Notes: a model not told the origin generated them from the letters alone. A stretch of 64,000 bases of DNA from an uncultured Oscillospiraceae bacterium (GCA_947628185.1 CANQYW010000008.1:3354-67353), one strand, 5' to 3'. Positions 1 through 9,476 are shown, numbered from the stretch's first letter. Numbers and translations are program-made.

Positions 1-607
1 TGTGGGAACTCACGGTGAGGATGTCCGCCCCCAGCGTCCTTGCGGAGAAGGGCGTCTTTAAGAAACCCTGCACCGCGTCCGTGTGGACTATGGCCTCCGG
101 GTTCCTGGCGTGGACGAGGCGGGCTATCTCCCGGATTGGCGTTATGCCCCCGGTCTCGTTATTCACCAGCATCAGCGACACGAGGACCGTGTCCTCCCGG
201 AGAGATGCGGCCACGTCCTCGGCCCTCACCGCGCCGGAGGGGGACGGGGCGAGGTATGTGACATTCCAGCCCTCCCGCTCTAATGCCTTTGCCGTATTGC
301 GGACGGCGTCGTGCTCCGCGAGGGATGTTATCACGTGGCGGCCCCGGTGACGCCGCATATAGGCGCCGCTCCTTATGGCCCAGTTATCGCCCTCCGTCCC
401 GCCGGAGGTGAAGTATATCTCCTTGGGCTCGGCCCCCAGGGCCCGGGCCACGCTCTCCCGGGAATCGCGAAGGATCTTCGCGGCCTCACGGCCAAGGCCG
501 TGGCCGGAGGATGGGTTGCCGTAACACTCCGTCATGACCTTAATGGCAGCCTCGGCGGCCTCGGGGCAGACCCTTGTAGTGGCGGCGTTATCGAAGTACA
601 CTGTCAT
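1..607 (-). CDS. Cysteine desulfurase (NifS/IscS-type), N-terminal part; the gene runs off the left edge
   Basis: Not in the ORF track because it is open at the window edge. Hand translation of the minus strand from ATG 607-605 gives MTVYFDNAATTRVCPEAAEAAIKVMTECYGNPSSGHGLGREA..., a canonical NifS/IscS N-terminus. Confidence 0.8.
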   Translation of the reverse strand, partial: MTVYFDNAATTRVCPEAAEAAIKVMTECYGNPSSGHGLGREAAKILRDSRESVARALGAEPKEIYFTSGGTEGDNWAIRSGAYMRRHRGRHVITSLAEHDAVRNTAKALEREGWNVTYLAPSPSGAVRAEDVAASLREDTVLVSLMLVNNETGGITPIREIARLVHARNPEAIVHTDAVQGFLKTPFSARTLGADILTVSSH

Positions 608-615
608 AGCTCACC

Positions 616-644
616 TTGAATAATCGTCAGAATGGTGTTATAAT
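616..644 (+). promoter_or_regulatory. Sigma-A type promoter for mtaB
   Basis: TTGAAT (616-621), 17-nt spacer, TGtTATAAT (-10 at 639-644), about 60 nt upstream of ATG 704. Confidence 0.45.
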
Positions 645-703
645 TTGCGTTATGCCGTTTTCGGTATTATACACCATCTTTTTGCATCTAACAAGGGGCG
701 GAA

Positions 704-1990
704 ATGAAGATACACATCCATACATTGGGCTGTAAGGTAAATCAGTTCGAGTCCCAGGCCCTGGGGACCATCCTGGAGGGCCGGGGACATGAGGTCGTGG
801 AGTCCGAGACCGGCTGCGACGCCGTGGTCATAAACACCTGCGCCGTGACGGCGGAGTCCGTCCGCAAGTCCCGGCAGGCGGTGAGGCGCCTTCGCGCCAT
901 GAACCCCGGGGCTGTCATAGGGATATGCGGCTGCTGGCCCCAGGCGGAGGCGGAGAGCGCCGCCGCGCTTGGGGACGTGGTATTCGGGAGCGGCGACAAG
1001 CTGGCCTTCGCCGAAAAGCTTGAGGCGGCAAAGCGGGAGGGCCGTGGGACGCTGGCGGTGGATAACGTCTTTGAGCGCCGGACATTTGAGCGCCTACCCG
1101 CCGGCAGCGCCCAGACGAGGACGAGGGCGCTCCTCAAGATAGAGGACGGGTGCGTAAACTTCTGCACATACTGCATAATCCCCTACACCCGAGGCCGCAT
1201 CCGCTCACTGCCTTTGGATGAGTGCGTCGAGGAGGCCAAGGGACTCATGGAGGCGGGTTACCGGGAGATAGTCCTCACGGGCATCGAGATAGCCTCCTAC
1301 GGGCGCGACCTGGAGGGCTCCCCCACCCTCGCGGACGCGGTCTCCGCCATCGCCGGCGCGGCGCAGGGGTGCAGGATACGCCTGGGCTCGCTGGAGCCGC
1401 GAGTGGTGACCCGGGAGTTCTGCGAGAGGGCGTCGGAACTTTCAAATCTCTGTCCGCACTTCCACCTCTCACTCCAGAGCGGCTGTGACGAGACTCTAAA
1501 GCGTATGCACCGGCGCTACGACACGGCGAGGTTCTACGAGTCGGTGGAGCTTTTGAGGGAGTTCTTCCCCGGGTGCGGGATAACGGCGGACCTCATAACC
1601 GGGTTCCCCGGGGAAACCGAGGAGGAGTTTCAAAAGACGCTCTCATTTATCGAGCGGTGCCGGTTCTCCTCCATGCACATATTCCCCTACTCCCTCCGGG
1701 AGGGCACCGTGGCGGCGGGTATGCCGGAGCAGGTGGAGAAGTCCGTGAAACACTCTCGCGCTCACAGGGCATCGGAGCTGGCCTCACATATGCGGGAGGA
1801 GTTTTTGCGGGACATGATAGGCTCCACCCAGTCCGTCCTCTTTGAACAGCAGGAGGAGGGCGTCTGGTCGGGGCACACTGGGAATTACGCGGAAGTCCTA
1901 TCTCCCGGTAAGGACCTTCACAATACTGTCGCAAATGTACAAATCACAGATTTTAGGGATGGGGCGCTTTGGGGAAAAGTCCTCTTGTAA
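704..1990 (+). CDS. mtaB: tRNA methylthiotransferase, MiaB-like MtaB family (radical SAM)
   Basis: N-terminus MKIHIHTLGCKVNQFESQ (UPF0004 domain), radical-SAM motif CVNFCTYC, C-terminal TRAM-like region, RBS AAGGGG. Confidence 0.85.
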   Translation: MKIHIHTLGCKVNQFESQALGTILEGRGHEVVESETGCDAVVINTCAVTAESVRKSRQAVRRLRAMNPGAVIGICGCWPQAEAESAAALGDVVFGSGDKLAFAEKLEAAKREGRGTLAVDNVFERRTFERLPAGSAQTRTRALLKIEDGCVNFCTYCIIPYTRGRIRSLPLDECVEEAKGLMEAGYREIVLTGIEIASYGRDLEGSPTLADAVSAIAGAAQGCRIRLGSLEPRVVTREFCERASELSNLCPHFHLSLQSGCDETLKRMHRRYDTARFYESVELLREFFPGCGITADLITGFPGETEEEFQKTLSFIERCRFSSMHIFPYSLREGTVAAGMPEQVEKSVKHSRAHRASELASHMREEFLRDMIGSTQSVLFEQQEEGVWSGHTGNYAEVLSPGKDLHNTVANVQITDFRDGALWGKVLL

Positions 1991-2051
1991 GACCTCATGC
2001 CAAATGGTATAATTTTGGCTATAAATTCTAAAAATGAAAGGACCTGTTGCG

Positions 2052-3137
2052 ATGGTGCAAGGGCGAGTATATAATTTTTCAGCGGGGCCGTCCATGCTGC
2101 CGCTGCCGGCTTTAGAGCGGGCCGCGGGGGAACTCACGAACTACCGGGGCACCGGCATGAGCGTCATGGAGATGAGCCACCGCTCTAAGGTGTACCAGGA
2201 GATCTTCGACTCCACAAAGAGGGCTCTGCGGGAGGTCCTATCCGTGCCGGAGAGCCATGAGATACTGTTCATGCAGGGCGGCGCCACGGGGCAGTTCGCC
2301 GCCGTCCCCTTGAACTTAATTGGAACCACCGGCTCCGCCGATTACGTCGTCACCGGCAACTTCTCCGGCCTCGCGGCGAAGGAGGCCAGGAAGTACGGCG
2401 AGGTGCATATTGCCGCCTCCAGCGAGGACCGGCGCCACACCTACATACCGGGCCAGAAGGAACTCAAACTCTCCCCCGATGCCTCGTACCTCCACTACTG
2501 CGCCAACAACACCATCTACGGCACCGAGTGGCACTATGTGCCCGTCTCAAAGGCCCCGCTGGTGGCGGATTTCTCCTCCAGCATACTCTCGCACCCCATA
2601 GACGTGGCAAAATACGGCCTCATCTACGCCGGAGTTCAGAAGAACATGGCCCCCGCCGGGATGGCAGTCGTCATAATAGACCGGGCCCTGGCGGGGCACG
2701 AGCTCCCCATCACGCCGGTGATCATGAGCTACAAGACCATGATAGACAAGGAGTCCATGTACAACACTCCCCCCACCTACAACATCTACATGCTGGGGCT
2801 CGTCCTGGAGTGGGTGAAGGAGCACGGCGGCGTGGAGGGCATGGAGGAACTGCGGCGTCAGCGCGCCGGGATGCTCTACGACTTTTTGGACGGCAGCCGG
2901 TTCTTCCACGGCATCGCCGAGAGGGATTCCCGGTCTATGATGAACGTAACGTTCAGGACCGGCGACCCGGATCTTGACTCCAAGTTCGTCAAAGAGGCGG
3001 CGGAGGCCGGATTTTTGAATCTGGCGGGCCACAGGGTCGCCGGGGGCATGAGGGCCTCCATCTACAACGCCATGCCCCTGGAGGGCGTCCGGGCGCTTGT
3101 GGAGTTCATGAAGGATTTTGAGCTCAAGAATAAGTGA
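2052..3137 (+). CDS. serC: Phosphoserine aminotransferase
   Basis: RVYNFSAGPSMLP N-terminus typical of SerC. I prefer ATG 2052 (AAGGA RBS 10 nt upstream) over the track start at 2034, which has no RBS. Confidence 0.9.
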   Translation: MVQGRVYNFSAGPSMLPLPALERAAGELTNYRGTGMSVMEMSHRSKVYQEIFDSTKRALREVLSVPESHEILFMQGGATGQFAAVPLNLIGTTGSADYVVTGNFSGLAAKEARKYGEVHIAASSEDRRHTYIPGQKELKLSPDASYLHYCANNTIYGTEWHYVPVSKAPLVADFSSSILSHPIDVAKYGLIYAGVQKNMAPAGMAVVIIDRALAGHELPITPVIMSYKTMIDKESMYNTPPTYNIYMLGLVLEWVKEHGGVEGMEELRRQRAGMLYDFLDGSRFFHGIAERDSRSMMNVTFRTGDPDLDSKFVKEAAEAGFLNLAGHRVAGGMRASIYNAMPLEGVRALVEFMKDFELKNK

Positions 3138-3164
3138 AAAATAATAATTTAGGGTGTATTCAAT

Positions 3165-4349
3165 ATGTACAAGGTTAAGACGATAAACAACATCTCCCCC
3201 GCCTGTGAGAGCGTGCTCAAAAAGGACAAGTACATCGTGGGGGACGGCCTCACGGACCCCGAGATCATATTCGTGAGGGCGACGAACCTCCTGGACTACG
3301 ACTTCGGCCCGAGCCTCCTGTGCGTGGCGAGGGCGGGCATAGGCGTGAACACCATCCCGTTGGAGAAACTTGCCGGCAAGGGCGTCGTGGTTTTCAACAC
3401 CCCCGGCGGGAACGCCAACGGCGTCAAGGAGATATTTCTCACCGCCCTCGGCATGGCCTGCCGCGATGTCCTGGGCTCCATACAGTGGGTGCTGGACTTT
3501 GACACCACGAAGGGCGACGTCTCCGTTGTGATGGAGAAGGTGAAGAAGAACTTCACCGGCCCTGAGTACCTGGGCAAGAAGATAGGCGTCATCGGTATGG
3601 GCAACGTGGGCCGCAGGGTCGCAAACATCTGCCAGCACCTGGGGATGGACGTCTACGGCTACGACCCCTACCTCTCCGTGGACGCCGCCTGGGCTATATC
3701 CAACAAGGTGGAGCGGGTCGAGCGGCTGGAGGACCTTCGGGACTGCGACTTCCTGACGCTCCACGTCCCGCTCAATGACGAGACCCGGGATCTCGTTGAC
3801 AGTGAATTTCTCTCAAAGATGAAGGACGGGGTCCGGGTAATAAACTACGCCCGCCAGCAGGTGGTGAACGAGGAGGCCATGAAGGCCGCCCTTGAGAGCG
3901 GGAAGGTGGCAAGGTTCGTCACCGACTTCCCCACCAACACCCTCATCGGCACAAAGAACGTGGTCATGACACCGCACCTGGGCGGCACCACATTTGAGAG
4001 CGAGGAGAACTGCGCCGTGATGGCCGCCCACGAGGCGGTGGACTACGTGGAATACGGAAACATAACGAACTCCGTAAACTTTGGCCGCGCCGTACTGCCC
4101 CCCAGCCCCCTCGCGAGGGTCTGTGTCTTCCACAGCAACATCCCCAATATGATAGCCCGCATAGCCTCCGCCGTGTCCTCCCAGGGCATAAACATTGAGA
4201 ACATGGTAAACGCCTCCACCCGGGAGTTCGGTATAGCCTATACCATGCTGGAACTGGGCTCTGAGCCCGACGAGCGGCTCCTTGATGAGCTCGGGGCCAT
4301 TGAGGGCGTGGTGAGGTCCAGGCTCATTAGGGCGAGACACTTTGAGTAA
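3165..4349 (+). CDS. serA: D-3-phosphoglycerate dehydrogenase with C-terminal ACT domain
   Basis: 2-hydroxyacid dehydrogenase NAD fold (GVIGMGNVGRRVA) plus an ACT-like tail; adjacent to serC. Confidence 0.85.
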   Translation: MYKVKTINNISPACESVLKKDKYIVGDGLTDPEIIFVRATNLLDYDFGPSLLCVARAGIGVNTIPLEKLAGKGVVVFNTPGGNANGVKEIFLTALGMACRDVLGSIQWVLDFDTTKGDVSVVMEKVKKNFTGPEYLGKKIGVIGMGNVGRRVANICQHLGMDVYGYDPYLSVDAAWAISNKVERVERLEDLRDCDFLTLHVPLNDETRDLVDSEFLSKMKDGVRVINYARQQVVNEEAMKAALESGKVARFVTDFPTNTLIGTKNVVMTPHLGGTTFESEENCAVMAAHEAVDYVEYGNITNSVNFGRAVLPPSPLARVCVFHSNIPNMIARIASAVSSQGINIENMVNASTREFGIAYTMLELGSEPDERLLDELGAIEGVVRSRLIRARHFE

Positions 4350-4393
4350 GATATGCTTGCGGCGGCTCCAGCCGCTCATGCAGGAGGGGCAAT

Positions 4394-5290
4394 ATGGCAA
4401 AATCACTCCTAATAGTTAATCCCGTATCGGGGAAGGGCAAAGTCAAGACTATAATGCTGGATATCCTCACCTCCATGTGTACAGGGGGCGAGGCGGTCAT
4501 TGTGTGCGTCACTGAGAAACGCGGTGACGCTGCGGAATTCTCCGCAAAATATGGACCTGAGGTGGAGCGCATAGTCTGCACAGGCGGCGACGGCACCCTC
4601 AACGAGGTCATAAGCGGCCTCATGACGTTGGAGCGGGAACAGCGCCCCGCCATCGGATACATCCCCCTGGGCACGACCAACGACATGGCAAATTCCCTGA
4701 GCATACCCAAGATACCCAAGGACGCCATAGCCCAACTTGAGAGTTCCCTGGCTTACAGGCGCTATCTCGACGTGGGCCAGCTGGGGAGCGACTACTTCGG
4801 CTATGTTGCCGCCTTTGGGACCTTCACGAACGTCCCCTTCACCACGCCCCAGGCGGCAAAGAACACCTGGGGGTATCTCGCGTACGTGGGCGAGGCGCTG
4901 AGCCAGCTGACGGACATAACCTCCCACCACACCAAGATAACATATGACGGCGGCACCATAGAGGAGGACCTTCTCTTCGGCTTTGTGACAAACACCCTGA
5001 GAGTCGCCGGCGGCCTCGTGCGTCTGCCAGAGGACACCGTGGCCCTGGACGACGGACAGTTTGAGATCCTTCTCATAAAGAAACCCCGGAACATCATAGA
5101 GCTCAATGAGTGCATATCAAGCCTCATGACCAGAAACTTCTCATCGGAGCACGTTATGCTCCTCCAGTCCACGAAGATATCCTTTGAGTTCGACGAGTAC
5201 GTCCAGTGGACCCGGGACGGCGAGGACGGTGGCATATATAAGTCGGTGGAGGTGGTGAACCACCCCCAGGCCGTCAGGATCTTCGCGTGA
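4394..5290 (+). CDS. Diacylglycerol/lipid kinase family protein (YegS/DagK-like)
   Basis: GGDGTLNEV signature, about 300 aa, RBS GGAGGGG. Confidence 0.8.
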   Translation: MAKSLLIVNPVSGKGKVKTIMLDILTSMCTGGEAVIVCVTEKRGDAAEFSAKYGPEVERIVCTGGDGTLNEVISGLMTLEREQRPAIGYIPLGTTNDMANSLSIPKIPKDAIAQLESSLAYRRYLDVGQLGSDYFGYVAAFGTFTNVPFTTPQAAKNTWGYLAYVGEALSQLTDITSHHTKITYDGGTIEEDLLFGFVTNTLRVAGGLVRLPEDTVALDDGQFEILLIKKPRNIIELNECISSLMTRNFSSEHVMLLQSTKISFEFDEYVQWTRDGEDGGIYKSVEVVNHPQAVRIFA

Positions 5291-5301
5291 GGGGCGGCGG
5301 C

Positions 5302-6081
5302 ATGACAGTCAACATCCTGGCCGTGGGGGACATCGTGGGCAGCAGCGGAGTCGATTTCCTGGACCGCAAACTACGGGGATTTAAAAGGCTCAAGGGCATA
5401 GATTTCACCGTCGTCAACGGCGAGAACGCCAGCGTTGTGGGGCTGACCCCCAGGGACGCCGACGCCATATTCGACGCGGGCGCGGACGTAATAACCCTCG
5501 GGAACCACGCCTTCAGCAAGAACGCGATAGTCCCGTACCTTGACGATAACATGTATATACTGCGGCCCGCCAACCTCTCCCCCCTGTCCTCCGGGCGGGG
5601 CTGGGGCGTCTTTGAGGCGTCCTTCGGGAATGTATGCGTCATAAACCTCATTGGCCGGTGCGGGATGGATTTCGGCCCCGACAACCCGTTTTTCGAGGCC
5701 GACAGGATATTAAAAAAGCGCCTGGAAGCCGGCGTGATCCTGGTGGACATGCACGCGGAGGCCACAAGCGAGAAGTCCGCCCTGGGGCTATACCTCGATG
5801 GCCGCGTCTCCGCCGTCTGGGGCACCCACACGCACGTCCAGACAAGCGACGGCGGGGTCCTCCCCAAGGGCACCGGGTTCATAACGGACCTCGGCATGAC
5901 AGGCCCGGCCTTATCGGTGCTGGGTGTGGCGCCGGAGCTCTCAATAGGCCGGTTCCTGGGTGAGCCGGAGCGAAAATCGTATGTCCAGGCGCCGGGCCCC
6001 GCGAAACTTGAGGGCGCCATATTTGAGATAGACCCCGACAGCGGCAGGTGCCTGAGCGTCGAGGCGGTCAGGATATTATAA
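5302..6081 (+). CDS. ymdB: YmdB-like metallophosphoesterase (2',3'-cyclic-nucleotide phosphodiesterase family)
   Basis: MTVNILAVGDIVG...VVNGENA...GNH motifs. ATG 5302 has a GAGGGG RBS; the track start at 5287 is a GTG overlapping the previous stop. Confidence 0.8.
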   Translation: MTVNILAVGDIVGSSGVDFLDRKLRGFKRLKGIDFTVVNGENASVVGLTPRDADAIFDAGADVITLGNHAFSKNAIVPYLDDNMYILRPANLSPLSSGRGWGVFEASFGNVCVINLIGRCGMDFGPDNPFFEADRILKKRLEAGVILVDMHAEATSEKSALGLYLDGRVSAVWGTHTHVQTSDGGVLPKGTGFITDLGMTGPALSVLGVAPELSIGRFLGEPERKSYVQAPGPAKLEGAIFEIDPDSGRCLSVEAVRIL

Positions 6082-6150
6082 TTTGTGGTACGATCGAGCC
6101 CCGGAGAAATTTGCAAACTCCTCCGGGGCCCTATTAGCTTTATGACCTTC

Positions 6151-6888
6151 TCACCGGCCCATGAGGAGTTCGTAGACCTCCCCCAGACAATCGCCCTCAA
6201 AGACGAAGTCGGCGCCGGGCGTCTCCTCCACAGGCGATATGTTGGAGCGTATGTACACCGTGTGGAGGCCCACGCTCTTCGCCCCCTCTATGTCGCAGAG
6301 GCCGTCGTTGCCTATCATCACGGCCTCCCCGGGGACTATGCCGCGCTCGGAGAGGAGTATCTCAAAAAACCTCCTGTCAGGCTTTCGGCAGCCGTAGTCA
6401 GAGGAGAGGTATATCCCGTGGAAGAGGTCCTCTATGCCCAGTTCCCGGAGCTCCAGCCTTGTGAATATTGCCTGGGCGTTGGATAGGAGGTACACCCTCC
6501 CCCCGGCGTCCGCTAACCCCCGCAGCAGCTCCGCCGCGCCGTCGTAGAGACGAATATAGTCGAGTGACAGCCGCCTAAAGTGCTCCCCCGCCCGGATCGC
6601 GAGTTCCAATGTGGCCCCCACGCCCGCCTCGGTAAAGAGCCTTAAAAAGACCTCCTCTATCTTTATCTCCGGGTGTGCCTCGTGGGAGTCCTGCCGCACC
6701 GGCACGGAACCTGACTCAAGCTCGCGGACTATCTCAAAATATCTCCCCTTGAGGCCCTGGGGTGTATAGTCCGCCCCCATCCCTGAGAACCAGATTGAGA
6801 GCTCCTCCCAGAGCTCCGGCCTTTGCTCGTCGGTGTGTATGTCCACAAGGGTGCCGTAGAGGTCAAAAATAAATGTCTTGAAACGCAT
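6151..6888 (-). CDS. HAD-superfamily hydrolase
   Basis: Motif I FIFDLYGTLVD and a later GND motif. Confidence 0.8.
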   Translation of the reverse strand: MRFKTFIFDLYGTLVDIHTDEQRPELWEELSIWFSGMGADYTPQGLKGRYFEIVRELESGSVPVRQDSHEAHPEIKIEEVFLRLFTEAGVGATLELAIRAGEHFRRLSLDYIRLYDGAAELLRGLADAGGRVYLLSNAQAIFTRLELRELGIEDLFHGIYLSSDYGCRKPDRRFFEILLSERGIVPGEAVMIGNDGLCDIEGAKSVGLHTVYIRSNISPVEETPGADFVFEGDCLGEVYELLMGR

Positions 6889-6981
6889 AACTCTCGTAAC
6901 TCCCGGAATATTTTAAAAATTTCCCCGATTCGCCCGCGTGAGCCTGTACAAATAAACAGTTTTGTGATAAAGTAGTGCAAA

Positions 6982-7941
6982 ATGGAACTTGGAGGTGGCA
7001 CTGTGGACAGTCTTGTCCTTGCCTTTAATGTGGTCTTCCCGCTGTGCGTCTATATGCTCATCGGGGGCCTCGTGAAACGTGTGAAGATGCTGTCAGAGGA
7101 CACCATGCGGGAGATAAACAACATGATATTCAAGGTCCTCATCCCCCTCTCCCTGTTCTTTGACATCTATGAGTCGGACCTGAAGGCCACCGTAAAACCC
7201 ATGCTCTTTGTCTGGACTGCCGCGCTGATACTGGCGTCCTTCGGGCTCTCCTGGGTGCTGGTGAGCAGGACTGTCGAGGAGCGGGCGGACGTGCCCACCA
7301 TGGTCCAGGGCATATTCCGCAGTAATTATGTCCTCTTCGGCACGGTCATCTGCGCGAATCTCGCCGGGGACGAGGGCTCGGCCATGTCCGCCGCGCTGGC
7401 GGTGCTGGTGGTCCCAATGTTCAACATCCTGGCCGTGGTGCTCTTTGAGGCCACCCGCGGGGGCAAAGTGAACGCCGGGCGGCTCATAGTGCAGATTTTT
7501 AAAAACCCGCTGGTGGACGCGGGCCTCCTGGGGGCGGTGTTCAACCTCCTCCACATACATATACCCTCCATCCTCCAGAAACCGCTGGTGACGCTGGGCG
7601 ACATAGCCTCCCCCCTGGCGCTGGTGGTGCTGGGCGCCATGCTGTCCTTCAATAGCATCGTCAGCCACCGGGGCCGACTGGCGGCGGCAGTCGCCGCGAG
7701 GCTCATCGTCATCCCCGCCGTGGCACTCACCATAATGGCGCTATTGGGTTACCGCGGCGCCACACTGGTGGCGCTCCTCTCGGCCTTCGCCTCCCCCGCC
7801 GCTGTGGCGTCCGTCCCCATGGCCCAGGCCATGGGCGGGAACGGTAGACTCGCCGGGGAGATAGTGGCCATCTCCACAGCCGGGAGCATCCTCACGGTGT
7901 TCGGGTTCATCGCGGCCATCTCCGCCCTGGGACTAATATGA
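6982..7941 (+). CDS. AEC (auxin efflux carrier) family transporter
   Basis: About 10 predicted TM segments with the typical AEC layout. An alternative GTG start at 7003 follows GGAGGTG. Confidence 0.75.
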   Translation: MELGGGTVDSLVLAFNVVFPLCVYMLIGGLVKRVKMLSEDTMREINNMIFKVLIPLSLFFDIYESDLKATVKPMLFVWTAALILASFGLSWVLVSRTVEERADVPTMVQGIFRSNYVLFGTVICANLAGDEGSAMSAALAVLVVPMFNILAVVLFEATRGGKVNAGRLIVQIFKNPLVDAGLLGAVFNLLHIHIPSILQKPLVTLGDIASPLALVVLGAMLSFNSIVSHRGRLAAAVAARLIVIPAVALTIMALLGYRGATLVALLSAFASPAAVASVPMAQAMGGNGRLAGEIVAISTAGSILTVFGFIAAISALGLI

Positions 7942-7985
7942 TCATGGAAGTTTTTTCGGCGCGCCCTATGCGGACGCGCCGATTT

Positions 7986-8567
7986 TTACGCCCCGGCGAA
8001 CTTGAAGATCATCCCCACCACAGCGGAGAGGGCGATAAAGCAGACGGGGTGGAGCTTTTTTGTGGGTCTCACGTACCGCGTGAGCAGTATGAGCGCCGCG
8101 CCGAGGATGACGGCCTTGTAGTTTAGGAGGTCGCCCAGGGCGTGGCTCTCGCGGAACGCCGGCATGATAAATACCTCCAGCGCCACGGAGACCCCGGCGG
8201 CGGCGATGAGCGCCACGGAGGCGGGCCGCAGGCCGTAGAACACCGACTTCACAAGCTTGCTCTCACCGAACTTTTTGAGCATCCTCGCTATTATGAGGAT
8301 GACTATTATCGAGGGCGCCACAAGGCCAATTGTCGCCACAACGGCCCCCGCGACACCGCCGGTGGTGTACCCCACGTATGTCGCCATATTCACCCCGATG
8401 GGTCCGGGCGTTGACTCACTGACCGCCAGCATGTCGTATATCTGCTGGGTGGTGAACCACCCGGTGCTCTCGCTCATCTGGTGGAGGAACGGGAGCGTCG
8501 CGAGGCCCCCGCCTATGGAGAAGAGGCCCGTGACAAAGAACTCATAAAATAGTCTTAAATAGATCAT
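7986..8567 (-). CDS. Chromate transporter (CHR) family protein, second half-size subunit
   Basis: MIYLRLFYEFFVTGLFSIGGGLATLPFL. ATG 8567 overlaps the upstream stop (ATGA). Confidence 0.8.
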   Translation of the reverse strand: MIYLRLFYEFFVTGLFSIGGGLATLPFLHQMSESTGWFTTQQIYDMLAVSESTPGPIGVNMATYVGYTTGGVAGAVVATIGLVAPSIIVILIIARMLKKFGESKLVKSVFYGLRPASVALIAAAGVSVALEVFIMPAFRESHALGDLLNYKAVILGAALILLTRYVRPTKKLHPVCFIALSAVVGMIFKFAGA

Positions 8568-9100
8568 TTCCTCGCCTCCCAAGCCTTTATCGCGCAGCCG
8601 GCGACGGCCACGCACAGCACGATGATTATTGGCGACAGGCTGAAAAACAGCGACACGCACATAACGATGCAGAATATCACCAAACAACACCTGTCCACAA
8701 CGGCGGACTTCCAGAGCTTAATAACGGAGTTGAGGATGAGCACACACACGCAGACCCTTATCCCGGCGAAGGCGTTTTTCACCACGGCGAGCTCGGAGAA
8801 ATTTGTGATTATCCCCGCGATGAGGGAGATTATCACGATGGAGGGGAAGACGACGCCCAGCGTCGCCACTATCCCGCCAACGGTGCCGGCCCTCTTCTGC
8901 CCTATGAACGTGGCCGTGTTCACCGCGATTATGCCCGGCGTACACTGGCCGATGGCGTAGTAGTCGGCCAGCTCCTCCTCAGTGGCCCAGCCGTACTTCT
9001 CCACCACCTCCCGCTGCAGCAGGGGCAGCATGGCGTATCCCCCGCCGAAGGTTAGTCCCCCGATCCTCGCAAAGGTGAGGAACATCTTAAGTAATTCCAT
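8564..9100 (-). CDS. Chromate transporter (CHR) family protein, first half-size subunit
   Basis: MELLKMFLTFARIGGLTFGGGYAMLPLL. ATG 9100 has a GGAGTGAG RBS; the track start at 9196 has none. Confidence 0.8.
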   Translation of the reverse strand: MELLKMFLTFARIGGLTFGGGYAMLPLLQREVVEKYGWATEEELADYYAIGQCTPGIIAVNTATFIGQKRAGTVGGIVATLGVVFPSIVIISLIAGIITNFSELAVVKNAFAGIRVCVCVLILNSVIKLWKSAVVDRCCLVIFCIVMCVSLFFSLSPIIIVLCVAVAGCAIKAWEARK

Positions 9101-9235
9101 ATAAGTCTCACTCCTTTTGACCTTTAGACGCATTATAGCAAAAATGAGCGGATTTGAAAACCTCAAAACGTCCAAATACCTGTGCCCTTCTGGCATTATT
9201 GCCGGTCACTCAGCCAATTATCGGGCATATATGAT

Positions 9236-9281
9236 TTATGTAAACCTAATTAATTATGTAAACTTATCAATTTATGTAAAC
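9236..9281. repeat. Three perfect direct copies of TTATGTAAAC at exactly 18-bp spacing
   Basis: Copies at 9236-9245, 9254-9263 and 9272-9281, in the divergent spacer between the chromate transporter gene and the giant gene. Confidence 0.9.
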
Positions 9282-9320
9282 CATTGTGCTCTCTCGCCGT
9301 GTTTAGATCCATATTAAATA

Positions 9321-9338
9321 TTGTGCAATTTTGTGCAA
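9321..9338. repeat. Two copies of TTGTGCAA one helical turn apart
   Basis: 9321-9328 and 9331-9338, about 75 bp upstream of the -35 element of the giant gene. Confidence 0.8.
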
Positions 9339-9409
9339 CAAAATATAGTGGTATTTTCGGGTTTTTCCCTTAAAACTTGCGGACAAGTTGTGGTTTTGAT
9401 AATTATAGT

Positions 9410-9438
9410 TTGACTTTCATCCGTCACTCTGTTATCAT
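9410..9438 (+). promoter_or_regulatory. Sigma-A type promoter of the giant Cys-rich protein gene
   Basis: TTGACT (9410-9415), 17 nt, TATCAT (9433-9438). RBS AAGGAGG at 9464-9470 and ATG at 9477. Confidence 0.5.
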
Positions 9439-9476
9439 TATGACGTATGCCAAAATGCGATTTAAGGAGGAACCCT

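Noticed and set aside
2547-3764. 405-aa ORF on the minus strand spanning serC/serA.
   Set aside because: It lies antisense to two well-supported genes. The translation is low-complexity and rich in G, V, H, A and L, and it has no RBS. This is a typical open antisense frame in GC-rich coding DNA.
7986-9100. Two half-size chromate-transporter ORFs that might be a frameshifted pseudogene.
   Set aside because: Each half has its own start. The ATGA overlap indicates translational coupling, and both halves show the GGG..(A/T)(M/L)LP(L/F)L motif. Paired half-size CHR genes are a known arrangement.
9236-9338. Short phased repeats as a possible CRISPR array or replication iterons.
   Set aside because: The units are only 8-10 bp with 8-10 bp between them, there are only 2-3 copies, and there are no cas or rep genes. 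I interpret them as regulator-binding sites instead.
9447-9476. Track start of the giant ORF at 9447 (MPKCDLRRNP...).
   Set aside because: The AAGGAGG box at 9464-9470 is correctly spaced for ATG 9477, which yields a textbook signal peptide. A start at 9447 would place the RBS inside the coding region, and it lies only about 8 nt after the predicted -10 box.
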